DNA from: a virus | Strand: one strand, 5' to 3' | Length of the DNA stretch: 64,000 nt | Virus record (IMG/VR): IMGVR_UViG_3300028800_000062 | Location: 1-64,000 of that record | Part shown: positions 1-8,812 of the stretch, piece by piece | Position numbering within the stretch: position 1 is the stretch's first letter | Layout: every line of letters starts with the position of its first letter | Notes under the pieces: generated by a model | The model's database searches: none | Told to the model about the DNA's origin: nothing | What the model saw: the letters and a program-made list of their open reading frames with translations, nothing else | Program-made: the position numbers and the translations under genes

Positions 1-151
1 TGATGAAGCCGTGAATACCAGTAGAACAGCTGGGCTTCGCCCCGGCCGCCAGAAGCTGCCTGGCGCGTTCCTCGCGCTGCTCGACAGGAACTGCAAACGC
101 AGCTTCCTCTTCGGCAAGCGCATATTCTAGATCATCGATCATTGCGTTCAT
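1..151 (-). CDS. Hypothetical protein (runs off window start)
   Basis: ATG at 151 overlaps TGA of the upstream gene; open to position 1 (MNAMIDDLEYALAEEE...). Confidence 0.6.
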   Translation of the reverse strand, partial: MNAMIDDLEYALAEEEAAFAVPVEQREERARQLLAAGAKPSCSTGIHGFI

Positions 152-546
152 TGCAGGCATGATGACTCCATAGGCCACACTTGCTTGACCGATCCATCGA
201 ACACGTAATTCCGAAAGAATCCAGTGAACTGGTAAACACAGCCAATCTGGTAGTCGCCGGGCTCTTCAAAGCCTTCCATATGGCAGTGCTGCTGCAGGAA
301 TTCCTGCAAAGCATCATAAAACCAAGGAGATGCATCCAATTCCTCGCCAAAGCGCGTCTTCAGGTCACACTGAATCACGGTAGGATTCAGATGGTCGCTG
401 CCATACATGCCAATGGCGAACGCTATGGTTCCGCGATACTTCTTATTGCGGCTCGGCGCCAGATGTCCCCAAGTCTGTTTCATCACCTGGGAACGATAGC
501 GCGCTTCGATCGGCGCGAATACATCGGACATTGTCTGGGCGCTCAT
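148..546 (-). CDS. Hypothetical phage protein
   Basis: ORF track; ATG at 546 overlaps the stop of 543..851. Confidence 0.75.
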   Translation of the reverse strand: MSAQTMSDVFAPIEARYRSQVMKQTWGHLAPSRNKKYRGTIAFAIGMYGSDHLNPTVIQCDLKTRFGEELDASPWFYDALQEFLQQHCHMEGFEEPGDYQIGCVYQFTGFFRNYVFDGSVKQVWPMESSCLQ

Positions 547-851
547 ACTCTCCCATCCACTGGACAATCCCCCTTGGGGAATCCGTTGCAGGGACCAGAG
601 TGATGAGGTGCCCGCGTGCAGATCGCTCGATTCACCACGTTGCCGGCCAGCGCCGCCGCCAGCAGCAGTCCGCTGCTTTCATTGGCCTGCTTCACACTTG
701 AGTCGAGAAGATCGTCATATTTACGCTCCAGATCGTTGTAACGCTCCTGAAGTTCGCAGAACTCATCCTCGATATTGGCGGCCCTGGTGAACAGCGTCCC
801 AAGGTCGCGCATGGTAAGCCCTTTAGGCTCCGGTCCAAAATCATTGATCAT
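543..851 (-). CDS. Hypothetical coiled-coil protein with Cys/His-rich C-terminus
   Basis: ORF track; heptad-like ELQERYNDLERKYDDLL; CTRAPHHSGPC. Confidence 0.7.
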   Translation of the reverse strand: MINDFGPEPKGLTMRDLGTLFTRAANIEDEFCELQERYNDLERKYDDLLDSSVKQANESSGLLLAAALAGNVVNRAICTRAPHHSGPCNGFPKGDCPVDGRV

Positions 852-861
852 CTATGATCAC

Positions 862-1107
862 CTAATCCTGCATACGTTCCCAACACTCGATCGCGTTCTC
901 CTTGGTAGCGACGGCCTGCGTCCGGCAGCACATCTTGCCGCCACGCTGGCACGTCACCATGAACCGGCATTCGGTCTCGCCAAGGGTTGTGCACGGCAGG
1001 ACGGTCACGACCTGGCCGAGCTCGCCGCAGCAGTCGCAAAACAGCCGCGGATCTGGAGACCGGCTACTTGTAGAAGCCGAACTTGCCGACGGAATTTCCG
1101 TTGACAT
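862..1107 (-). CDS. Lar-like (restriction alleviation-like) zinc-ribbon protein
   Basis: CDCCG...VTC...CC...ATKENAIECWER resembles the Lar family C-terminal TxEEAxxxW pattern. Confidence 0.5.
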   Translation of the reverse strand: MSTEIPSASSASTSSRSPDPRLFCDCCGELGQVVTVLPCTTLGETECRFMVTCQRGGKMCCRTQAVATKENAIECWERMQD

Positions 1108-1477
1108 CGAGAATCTTCCCTTCTGTCCTGCGCTTGCCGAGTTTGAATACCACGTCTGACAAAGCATCGCCTACCTGGCGCGCCGTCTTCATCGTGTCGT
1201 TCCCTAGCTCAATGTAGAGCTTGAAGAACAACGGTTCCTTAGACGACGGAAGCGCCTTGCCCGTACCCTCGCAAATGGGACAGGTTGGCTTGGGAACGCG
1301 ATGGCCGGTGCCATCACAAAGCTTCCCATCCAGCTCGTCTCTATCGCAACTGGAATGCTGAAATATCTTTTCATTGACGACCAGGACACGGGTGTGACAG
1401 AACCGACACCAAACCATAATCCCTTTGTTGAAAGGCACGTTGCCGGTACCTGAGCATTTCGAGCATGCTATGTTCAT
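1064..1477 (-). CDS. DnaJ-type CxxCxGxG zinc-finger protein
   Basis: CSKCSGTG, CDGTG, CPICEGTG; ATG at 1477 coupled to upstream TGA. Confidence 0.65.
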   Translation of the reverse strand: MNIACSKCSGTGNVPFNKGIMVWCRFCHTRVLVVNEKIFQHSSCDRDELDGKLCDGTGHRVPKPTCPICEGTGKALPSSKEPLFFKLYIELGNDTMKTARQVGDALSDVVFKLGKRRTEGKILDVNGNSVGKFGFYK

Positions 1478-1647
1478 AGGGCCTCGTCCACATCGCGGAC
1501 GTCTACCCAATCCACGCCCACACTCGAGAAGTTAGGCAACGCCACTGCGTAGGCCTTCGCGTTCGAGACCTTTTCAAAAGCCTCTCCTCGATTGTTCGCT
1601 TCGATCCTGAACTGAACACGTAACACAACTGCAGCCAGATATTGCAT
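1474..1647 (-). CDS. Small hypothetical protein (57 aa, not in ORF track)
   Basis: MQYLAAVVLRVQFRIEANNRGEAFEK...; fills the gap and is coupled to its neighbours. Confidence 0.7.
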   Translation of the reverse strand: MQYLAAVVLRVQFRIEANNRGEAFEKVSNAKAYAVALPNFSSVGVDWVDVRDVDEAL

Positions 1648-1650
1648 AAA

Positions 1651-1893
1651 TCACTGATCCTTCGTCAATCCAAAGTGCCGACGGCCTTCCTCTGTCAGGC
1701 GGCAGATCCAGACTGACGACTGTTCGTCGCTGGTATCCATCTCGCCCCTGAGCCAACCTCGGTCAACACCGTATTTGGCCGATTCAATCTGAAACCGTTC
1801 GTGCAGGCTGGTAATGACAATGCATTTCGCGTGCTTGTCGATGAACGCGCGGCGCAATGCCGCTTCGAGATCCTCTGTCACGAACTGAGTCAT
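1651..1893 (-). CDS. Hypothetical protein, possibly winged-helix-like
   Basis: C-terminal RLTEEGRRHF wing-like motif. Confidence 0.6.
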   Translation of the reverse strand: MTQFVTEDLEAALRRAFIDKHAKCIVITSLHERFQIESAKYGVDRGWLRGEMDTSDEQSSVWICRLTEEGRRHFGLTKDQ

Positions 1894-2147
1894 TCAGCGC
1901 CTAGCTGACACTGAGGCGCTGTAACGTAGTCCTCAACCATGTTCATGACCGCTGCGGGATTCTCGTACGTACCTGAGAACTTTCTGTGTGGGAGATCGTC
2001 TCCGTAATACTCACCAATCCAGTGAGCTAGTGTCCTATAAGCGACGGCAACCACCTTGCCGGATCTCCAAAGATCCCAGCAGGTGTTATTCATATGCCAG
2101 CCGTCTTCCTTCCAATACGAACACTTCTGTGCCATCGTGGGGTTCAT
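1890..2147 (-). CDS. Hypothetical protein
   Basis: ORF track, ATGA-coupled. Confidence 0.65.
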   Translation of the reverse strand: MNPTMAQKCSYWKEDGWHMNNTCWDLWRSGKVVAVAYRTLAHWIGEYYGDDLPHRKFSGTYENPAAVMNMVEDYVTAPQCQLGAE

Positions 2148-2476
2148 ATAACTCTACCCCTACGGATGAATCGCATGATTTCGTAGAACGGCCCGTTCAC
2201 CAACGCGATCATGATGAAATTGACCAGGCTGCCGCCGATGACGAATGGCATCAGAGTCGGGCTGGACATGGCGTGCGCATGAGTCGCCAGATTGATCGCT
2301 TCGCTTCCCAGGAACGCCTGCGTACGATGCGCGCGGATCCAAGACAGGATTCGGTCGGAATGCGCAAACTTGTTCAGAAATGGAATGGAATCAACGTGAT
2401 AGATAAAACCCCAGATAAGAGCCCATAGACCCATTCCGGAGAACAAGCCTGCTTTACTGCTCGGAGTCACAATCAT
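2144..2476 (-). CDS. Small membrane protein
   Basis: Hydrophobic segments; GGAGG RBS. Confidence 0.7.
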   Translation of the reverse strand: MIVTPSSKAGLFSGMGLWALIWGFIYHVDSIPFLNKFAHSDRILSWIRAHRTQAFLGSEAINLATHAHAMSSPTLMPFVIGGSLVNFIMIALVNGPFYEIMRFIRRGRVI

Positions 2477-2485
2477 AGATTCCTC

Positions 2486-2818
2486 CTACCGCACAAACCT
2501 CTGCCACATGCCTGCCGCCCGTCCCGGCCGTGCTCGCTTCTTACTTGCAATTGTAGCCAGGACCAGGTCCTCGAAGAACTTGCGGTGCGAACACCAGCGC
2601 GCGACCTCCATCATTCTCTGCGCCTGCCATCGCTCCGCCTTACTCACCATTCTGGGTGATATGTGCCGGTGGATCCAACGATCCAGAAATGGAGTCGGCA
2701 CGGATTTGTATTGCCCCGCTAGCAGGGCACGATCGTGGGTGCGCCTGGATTCCCGCTTGGCAACCCAGGTCATCACTGCAATACCTGCAGACTGAACGCC
2801 GAGCCATAAGATCAACAT
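2486..2818 (-). CDS. Membrane-anchored basic protein
   Basis: N-terminal hydrophobic helix. Confidence 0.6.
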   Translation of the reverse strand: MLILWLGVQSAGIAVMTWVAKRESRRTHDRALLAGQYKSVPTPFLDRWIHRHISPRMVSKAERWQAQRMMEVARWCSHRKFFEDLVLATIASKKRARPGRAAGMWQRFVR

Positions 2819-2819
2819 C

Positions 2820-3164
2820 TCATCTCCCGGCCATCATCCACAACATGACGAAAGGCAGTGCCAAAATGGCAAGGCCTACCATCAAGGTGGCGAAGATACC
2901 GGCAATCCCAGCCAGCATCAGTATGAACGCCTCGCCGATCCCTACCGAACGGGAGGGTTCGACAACAGGTCCTTCGGCTTTTCCCAGCAATTCCGGAAAG
3001 CCATAGAATTCAGCACGCGTTCGACGTGCCGACAGGTCGATATCAGCTTCCGACATGTGCGGATTCTTCTGACGAAGTGCCTCTGCCGCGTCGCGCTTGC
3101 GATTGACAAAGTGCCAATACATACGTGCGCCGATGGCCAGAGTTCCTAAGAGTGCGATGTCCAT
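2820..3164 (-). CDS. Membrane protein
   Basis: N- and C-terminal hydrophobic helices; GGAGG RBS. Confidence 0.7.
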   Translation of the reverse strand: MDIALLGTLAIGARMYWHFVNRKRDAAEALRQKNPHMSEADIDLSARRTRAEFYGFPELLGKAEGPVVEPSRSVGIGEAFILMLAGIAGIFATLMVGLAILALPFVMLWMMAGR

Positions 3165-3168
3165 ACCG

Positions 3169-3594
3169 TTATCCTCCGAGCCAATGGCTCACATGTACAT
3201 AGATCGAGTGCGCCGCGGCTACAAGCACGGGCGACAGGAGCACAGCAACCACCATGACGGAAGTCTTCCCTGACGACTGAACCGAAGCCTTTGACTGAAT
3301 CAAAGTCAATGCCGGATTCTCGCGGAAGATCTTCTCGACCGGCACGTTCCAGGTCTTGGAATACGCCTGGATTGTGCTGTCCAGGTCCGCCCAGATCTGC
3401 TGCATATACGGGTGGCCTGCCAACAAGCCGTTGGCTTCATGTTGCCCAACCAGTTCCATGGAATGCACGATCTGTTTACGAAGCTCGCTGCTATCCCGGC
3501 TCCGCTGATAGCGGTCCTGCAACTTCCGAACGGATTCAAGCACCTTGCTCGGCATTGGATTCCTTTCTTCCTCTGTCAGTCTGAAACGACGCAT
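3169..3594 (-). CDS. Protein with C-terminal membrane anchor
   Basis: ORF track; VMVVAVLLSPVLVAAA; start 3594 or 3555. Confidence 0.7.
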   Translation of the reverse strand: MRRFRLTEEERNPMPSKVLESVRKLQDRYQRSRDSSELRKQIVHSMELVGQHEANGLLAGHPYMQQIWADLDSTIQAYSKTWNVPVEKIFRENPALTLIQSKASVQSSGKTSVMVVAVLLSPVLVAAAHSIYVHVSHWLGG

Positions 3595-3673
3595 TGGATT
3601 ACCCCCTCCGTCAAGTCTGAAACGCCTGGGGCGCAGGTCGCGCCCCTGAATGTTTAGGGCCGCGATGTCGACC

Positions 3674-3898
3674 TTAGGCGGCCTCTTTCTTCTTCAGAAT
3701 GTAACGAACGTTATTCTTGACATCGGCGGCGAATTGACTCAGCAACGCTGGCGGCCGCAACTTGGTCAGTTTGGCCTTGTTCATCAACCAGGCAATTCCT
3801 GTGACCGTTCCCATAGCCGTCGCGATCACGACGCCGATGGAAACGCCCTGAAAGATAAACGTCGCTACCAGAAGAGCTCCTGCTTTGAATTTCAACAT
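3674..3898 (-). CDS. Small membrane protein
   Basis: Long hydrophobic N-terminus; AAGGAG RBS. Confidence 0.7.
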   Translation of the reverse strand: MLKFKAGALLVATFIFQGVSIGVVIATAMGTVTGIAWLMNKAKLTKLRPPALLSQFAADVKNNVRYILKKKEAA

Positions 3899-3910
3899 GG
3901 GATTTCTCCT

Positions 3911-4348
3911 TTACACTCCACGACCGAGGGGCTCGCCAACCTCGCTCTCGGCGGCGTCCTCAAACTGCGGTATATCGCCCTCGCTGATGCCCGAGGCGCC
4001 GGTCATGACGGCCAGCTCCTTGGGATCGATCAGCTTGTGAACATTGAAGCGCTCGCCACGGAAGAACCTGACCTTGCCGATCGCGCTTACCGTCTCACCG
4101 GGCTTCAGCCGTGAGATGTTGCGCGCCATGGCATCGAAACCCTGCAGGAAGATCTGCTCGCCGGTCGCAGGATCGTACACCAACGCCCCGCAGCTCAGCT
4201 GTTTCAGCTCTTCGGACTTCTTCACTGGATAGACGGCGCGTACTCGAGCGCTGACCAGCACATCCATGGACTTGTAAGACGCAGTGCCCAGCACGGCCCC
4301 TCCCAGGGTCACGGTCTGCGGCACATGCACGTTGCGAATGATCTCCAC
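3911..4348 (-). CDS. OB-fold nucleic-acid-binding protein (SSB-like)
   Basis: GTG start after AAGGAG; LKPGETVSAIGKV OB-fold-like pattern; acidic C-terminal tail. Confidence 0.5.
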   Translation of the reverse strand: MEIIRNVHVPQTVTLGGAVLGTASYKSMDVLVSARVRAVYPVKKSEELKQLSCGALVYDPATGEQIFLQGFDAMARNISRLKPGETVSAIGKVRFFRGERFNVHKLIDPKELAVMTGASGISEGDIPQFEDAAESEVGEPLGRGV

Positions 4349-4365
4349 GGTATTCTCCTTTGCTT

Positions 4366-4416
4366 TACAATACAAAAGGCCTCCGTAACACTACCGCTGC
4401 CTTCAGCACGGAGGCC
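4366..4416 (-). terminator. Hairpin with U-rich tail (terminator or processing site)
   Basis: GGCCTCCGT (4378-4386) pairs with ACGGAGGCC (4408-4416); TTTTGTATTGT follows on - strand. Confidence 0.55.
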
Positions 4417-4441
4417 CAAATCAAATGGCAGGCCAATCGAA

Positions 4442-4852
4442 CTACGCTGCTTTACGCATGGCCGCCGCCGGCGACAGCAGCGGACCGAACACCAGCGCTT
4501 CGAACTGATCGAAGGCGCGTTCCTGCCGGCTCGATTTCACATAGAGATCCATGGTGTCAACGCCGACCTGATAGATGGCGTCACGCATGCTCAATGGAAC
4601 GTCGCCGCGGAAAGCCCGGCGCCGGGCGCGATGCAGAATCGTAGCAGCCAGGTCACCCTCGGCCACCAGCTCGCGCTTCAGCCAGTGATTCTGACTCAGC
4701 CGGCTCAAGAAGGCCGTGATCTTGGCCTTCAGATAATACCGGTCTCGCAGCTCGTCAAAAGCCCGCAGCTGCGCATACAGGGCTTCTTCGCCCAAAGCAA
4801 GTGTTACCGGTGAATCGGCGGTGTGAGTGTGAATGATGATATTCGTCGTCAT
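4442..4852 (-). CDS. Hypothetical protein
   Basis: ORF track, GGGAG RBS. Confidence 0.7.
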   Translation of the reverse strand: MTTNIIIHTHTADSPVTLALGEEALYAQLRAFDELRDRYYLKAKITAFLSRLSQNHWLKRELVAEGDLAATILHRARRRAFRGDVPLSMRDAIYQVGVDTMDLYVKSSRQERAFDQFEALVFGPLLSPAAAMRKAA

Positions 4853-4894
4853 GATGGGTCTCCCTTTCGTTTCAATAACTTAAACTCTGTGCAT

Positions 4895-5245
4895 CTAGGC
4901 TCGGGCCCGGTTCGATTTATGCTGCATCTCATGCGACTCCCCGCGGGCAATCCACGCGGGAATAGCAGCGTCGCAATTCAGCAGCGGGCAGCCAGAGCAG
5001 TCCGCACACCGGAAAGCGTCACGCTGCGCGGCGCTCGTTCCGGAGTTGCAAATCGTATGGTGATACGTAGGATCGGCCGGATCCCGCCAGGGAGCGAAGT
5101 CCTTGCAGACATCGCTGCGTACGATGCGGTAAAACCGCCGCACTTCCGGTTTCCAGCGGGATATGTCACCGCCTGCATCCTGCACTTCCGAAATCCGAAT
5201 GGTCATGCCTTTAAGCTCTTCCAGCTTGCTTGCAGATATCTTCAC
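4895..5245 (-). CDS. Hypothetical Cys-rich protein
   Basis: GTG start after GGAG; C..CADCSGCPLLNC. Confidence 0.65.
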   Translation of the reverse strand: MKISASKLEELKGMTIRISEVQDAGGDISRWKPEVRRFYRIVRSDVCKDFAPWRDPADPTYHHTICNSGTSAAQRDAFRCADCSGCPLLNCDAAIPAWIARGESHEMQHKSNRARA

Positions 5246-5266
5246 AAAGACTCCTTTCCGAGGGGC

Positions 5267-5446
5267 CTACAGCTCCTCCGTTGCACCACAGGTTAAACAC
5301 TTGCGGATACTGGCGACCCAATGCTCCGCAACACCATCCGGCGCGCACACGCCGGTGTAATACTCGCCGAGATACGTTACCGTATCGTGAGAACCACAGC
5401 AATCACATGCCACATCGCGTCCAGTGTCTGACACACTGTTAGTCAT
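5267..5446 (-). CDS. Small zinc-ribbon protein
   Basis: CDCCG ... CLTCG. Confidence 0.65.
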   Translation of the reverse strand: MTNSVSDTGRDVACDCCGSHDTVTYLGEYYTGVCAPDGVAEHWVASIRKCLTCGATEEL

Positions 5447-5675
5447 GCTCGTAGGCATGGGTCGGCACGGGACCACGTTGACGGAATATGTTTCCAATAT
5501 CCGTCGACAACTGCCGCGCACACTTCTTGGCGGAAGCTACGCGCCACATGCTATCCGCATGCCGCTGCTGCATGACCATGCCGCAGGCATCGCACAAGTG
5601 CAAGTCATGGCGGCCGGGCTCATAGCGCACCGGGCTTCCGCACAGCTCGCAGTCTGCATCAATGAGGATGGCCAT
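5439..5675 (-). CDS. Small zinc-finger protein
   Basis: CELCG ... CDACG. Confidence 0.65.
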   Translation of the reverse strand: MAILIDADCELCGSPVRYEPGRHDLHLCDACGMVMQQRHADSMWRVASAKKCARQLSTDIGNIFRQRGPVPTHAYEHD

Positions 5676-5681
5676 AGAGAC

Positions 5682-5942
5682 CTACGCGGCCTTCTGTAAG
5701 GCTTCTTCCTCGCGGCCGTCAAGCAGGCGGCCTTCCTTGTAGATGGCAACCAGCTGCTCATCGCGGTTATACAACCGGTAAACACCGATCGGGAGATTAG
5801 CGGACAACTCCTTGCCCTTCTCATCTCCAAACGCACGGGAGTAAATCTTCAGCGGCTCGATCACGAGCTCCGCGTGCTCGTCTTCAGCCTGGAACGTCAA
5901 GTATCCGGGCTCCTTAAAAGACTGCGTTGATGTTTTGCTCAT
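5682..5942 (-). CDS. Hypothetical protein
   Basis: ORF track, AAGGA RBS. Confidence 0.75.
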   Translation of the reverse strand: MSKTSTQSFKEPGYLTFQAEDEHAELVIEPLKIYSRAFGDEKGKELSANLPIGVYRLYNRDEQLVAIYKEGRLLDGREEEALQKAA

Positions 5943-6345
5943 AACTTATTCCTTTTGATAAAGATAGGGCCTCCGGGAGACCAGAGGCCCCTGTTCGTTT
6001 GTTCAAGTGTTATCGCGAGCAGATTTCTGTTACTACCGCCCTACTGCAGGGGGCAGAGAGGAGTCAACATGTCTTGAAGTGCGCTCAAACTCAGAGATTT
6101 CAAGTGGGAAGGCCTCACGGCGCACAGCCTCTCCATAAGGAGAGTCAGAATCCCAATCTCAATCGGAACGCTTTGCTTCCCCGGTGACAGAAGTCCCGGT
6201 GTAAAGAACAGATGTTTGGCTAGACGTGCAATCTGAAGCACCAACGTTTAAACGGGCAATGCTATTAATACGGCATGATATCCGCTCCTTCAATCCAGCC
6301 CGCGACGGTCAGGCTAGCCGTTAGTCGCGAGAATAATCTGGATTC

Positions 6346-6792
6346 CTAGTACGTTTGTCCTTGAACTGGACTTTCGACCGTCTTCGACGAAGTGATCAAT
6401 CCGCGGCGCACGGTCACCGTAATCGACTGAACTGTAGCCATAAAGGCATTTGTGTCAAAGTCGAATTCGGCGCCGGCCACTGTGCCGCTGGGATCGTATA
6501 CATCAGACGGAACTTCCAGCTTGTCCGGCAGTCCCACTGTTTTGGTCATGACACCTTGTTGTCCGTGCATCGAGAACTCCAAGGTGATCACAACCACATT
6601 TGCTCCGACTGTATCCGGAGACAACACCTGCACACCATGCAAGACGTTGGGTCGCCGGTTCGGTAGATTCAAAGGGCGACTGGATACCGCAGTCGGAACC
6701 GGCTGCCAGAAGAACCGCACGTCATCTGCCAGAGACATGCCAGCAAATGCCACCAAACCCAAGGCGGCTTTTGAAATAGAACGTATGAACAT
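6346..6792 (-). CDS. Secreted beta-rich protein (Sec signal peptide)
   Basis: MFIRSISKAALGLVAFAGMSLA/DD; AAGGAG RBS upstream of ATG 6792. Confidence 0.7.
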   Translation of the reverse strand: MFIRSISKAALGLVAFAGMSLADDVRFFWQPVPTAVSSRPLNLPNRRPNVLHGVQVLSPDTVGANVVVITLEFSMHGQQGVMTKTVGLPDKLEVPSDVYDPSGTVAGAEFDFDTNAFMATVQSITVTVRRGLITSSKTVESPVQGQTY

Positions 6793-6880
6793 GATAATCA
6801 GCTCCTTAACTACGAAATCAGTCGCCGCAGAGCGGCCCATCTGAACCTAACTCACAGTCAGGTGGAAACGCAAGCCCACC

Positions 6881-7309
6881 TTAAGCGAGGTACAAAAGCA
6901 CGTTGTCGCGCAGGCCGTTCTCAAAGACCTCCAGGGCCCATTGCGCTACATCGTGGATCTGATCCGCACTGGGATGCCAGTGAAAGGACTCAGTCCGGCT
7001 CAATTCCGCGGACGGGTTCTTCACGGCTTCCGCCAGGCGATCGCGGATCGCGCACATCTGCTCAACAGTGAACTGATAGCTCGACTCTTCTGGACAGACG
7101 CCGGTGATAAATCGCAACGAGCTAGTCCACTGGCAGTAGTACCCCCGTTCCACTTGGGTTTCCAGCTTGATCCAGCGATTATAATGTTCCAACCAGTCCG
7201 GATCGTTCTGTTTGTCCACCAGGGCGCGCAACGGCGCCAGCTTGGATTCGTACTGCTTCACCCGGTCGAAATAACCCGGGTGATACAGATAAATGCCCAT
7301 TGGGATCAT
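6881..7309 (-). CDS. Hypothetical protein
   Basis: ORF track, AGGAGG RBS. Confidence 0.75.
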   Translation of the reverse strand: MIPMGIYLYHPGYFDRVKQYESKLAPLRALVDKQNDPDWLEHYNRWIKLETQVERGYYCQWTSSLRFITGVCPEESSYQFTVEQMCAIRDRLAEAVKNPSAELSRTESFHWHPSADQIHDVAQWALEVFENGLRDNVLLYLA

Positions 7310-7324
7310 CCTCCTAAGGACGAC

Positions 7325-7435
7325 TCAGACTACATTCCGCGGTCCGAAGATTCTCACCAGCACCATGAAGGCTGCGATGAGTGCCAGCCCGATCAGGATC
7401 TGACCGGGCAGAGATTGCCAAAATGCGATTGACAT
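7325..7435 (-). CDS. 36-aa single-pass membrane peptide (not in ORF track)
   Basis: MSIAFWQSLPGQILIGLALIAAFMVLVRIFGPRNVV. Confidence 0.6.
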   Translation of the reverse strand: MSIAFWQSLPGQILIGLALIAAFMVLVRIFGPRNVV

Positions 7436-7438
7436 GGG

Positions 7439-7702
7439 CTACATCCTGGACAGGAAGTCATTGAAGACAATCGGTTCGGGATTACGAAGCCGGGCTTCCC
7501 GCCGGCGTTCCTCGGCCAGGTTGCGCACCTTCCAGTGCACCCAGCGATCGTCGCCCACATGATGCGCCTCGGAAACCTCGAGCACGCTATCGGTGGGGTG
7601 AAACGCGTAAACGCGCGTCGCCAGGTCGAACAACCAACAGGACAAACGGCGCCGCGGCCGCCTAATTGCCAGCAACAGTATTTCTTTCACTGCTTCCTCC
7701 AA
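7439..7702 (-). CDS. Hypothetical protein, paralogue of 8813..9010
   Basis: Shared IRR..R.L...LFDLA...Y.F.P......E.H.VG...W..W pattern. Confidence 0.65.
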   Translation of the reverse strand: MEEAVKEILLLAIRRPRRRLSCWLFDLATRVYAFHPTDSVLEVSEAHHVGDDRWVHWKVRNLAEERRREARLRNPEPIVFNDFLSRM

Positions 7703-8168
7703 TACGGTCCAACGCCAGGCGCGTGCGAGTCTTCATCAAAAGCTTGCCCATCCAGTTCTCACCGACTGGTGGATCCATCTTGAGGTCGACACCCCAGAAG
7801 CGGTCATTCCACCAGTTACCCTCAGCCAGCTCACGCAGGCCGGTGGCCAGCAGCAGATCCTGAAGCTCCGGATTCTGACCGAATTTCTCTTCGATAATCC
7901 GGCTCATCACATCCAGCTTGATGTCCTCCCAATCAGGACGCAGGCTGATAACAAAGCCTTTATATCCTTTAGGGGAGCCCATCTTCTTCGCCATGCCGGC
8001 CCAAAAAGCGCCGCGAATGACTTCCCTCTGCTGGAGATCCAGGGTCTTAGCGGCCTGGTACAGATGTTCCGCGGTCGGCCAGACCTGGCCACGCCAGAGA
8101 ATCGGCGCCGGATAGAAATTGCTGAGGAAATCGTACGGTCCTCCAAATACATTGATGGGTGTATTCAT
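7662..8168 (-). CDS. NADAR family protein (YbiA/T4 gp30.3-like)
   Basis: FLSNFY, WPTAEHLYQAAK, LRPDWE, KFGQNPEL..LLLATG, EGNWWNDRFWG, GENWMGKLLM. Confidence 0.93.
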   Translation of the reverse strand: MNTPINVFGGPYDFLSNFYPAPILWRGQVWPTAEHLYQAAKTLDLQQREVIRGAFWAGMAKKMGSPKGYKGFVISLRPDWEDIKLDVMSRIIEEKFGQNPELQDLLLATGLRELAEGNWWNDRFWGVDLKMDPPVGENWMGKLLMKTRTRLALDRIGGSSERNTVAGN

Positions 8169-8365
8169 AGGTCACACTCGCTGAGGGGCGCGAAGCACCA
8201 CGGCCGTGACTTGAGTTCCAGCAGCAGGTCTGACAGCCAGGAATTGAGCTCTTCACACTCCTGCCGTGTGATTAGGCCATCGGTCAAGGCACAGCGCACC
8301 AGGTTGAACGGGTTGCACATGCCATAAATTGACGCTAATGCCGTAAGCTCGCTTTCAGCGTTCAT
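8165..8365 (-). CDS. Hypothetical protein
   Basis: ATGA-coupled ORF. Confidence 0.6.
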   Translation of the reverse strand: MNAESELTALASIYGMCNPFNLVRCALTDGLITRQECEELNSWLSDLLLELKSRPWCFAPLSECDL

Positions 8366-8553
8366 AATGCCTCCACGCGTACGCTCGCCATAACGCAGCC
8401 CTCACAAACTACCTCGTTCATACTCAACACCTTAGCCAGAAGACTCTGGCCAAAGAATGAGACCAATATCAGAGATCCGCATTCCACGCCATCGGTCACC
8501 GCAGTGGTGAACACGTCGCCCTTGCGTTTCCATCGAATCCGCTTCTCAGTCAT
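8362..8553 (-). CDS. Hypothetical protein
   Basis: Start reassigned to ATG 8553 (MTEKRIRW...). Confidence 0.55.
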   Translation of the reverse strand: MTEKRIRWKRKGDVFTTAVTDGVECGSLILVSFFGQSLLAKVLSMNEVVCEGCVMASVRVEAL

Positions 8554-8767
8554 GGGACCGGTACCATTCCTTTCCGCCGCGAGCCTGAAACTCGTAACGT
8601 ACCTCGGCCGAAATCTCCTTGAGATTGGCCAGGGTTGTTTGATAGAACTCTGTACCGCTGATCTCAGCATGGAGCTTGACGAACTGCTCGATATCCACCC
8701 GCAGTACCCGGGCCAACAAGCCGAGCTGCTCCATGCTCAACCGCAACGTCACGTCGAGTTTCTCCAT
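8546..8767 (-). CDS. Hypothetical helical protein
   Basis: GGAGGAG RBS. Confidence 0.7.
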   Translation of the reverse strand: MEKLDVTLRLSMEQLGLLARVLRVDIEQFVKLHAEISGTEFYQTTLANLKEISAEVRYEFQARGGKEWYRSHD

Positions 8768-8812
8768 AAGCTCCTCCGATCCAGGCGAAAGCCGCCGGCT
8801 GGTTTGATTGAA

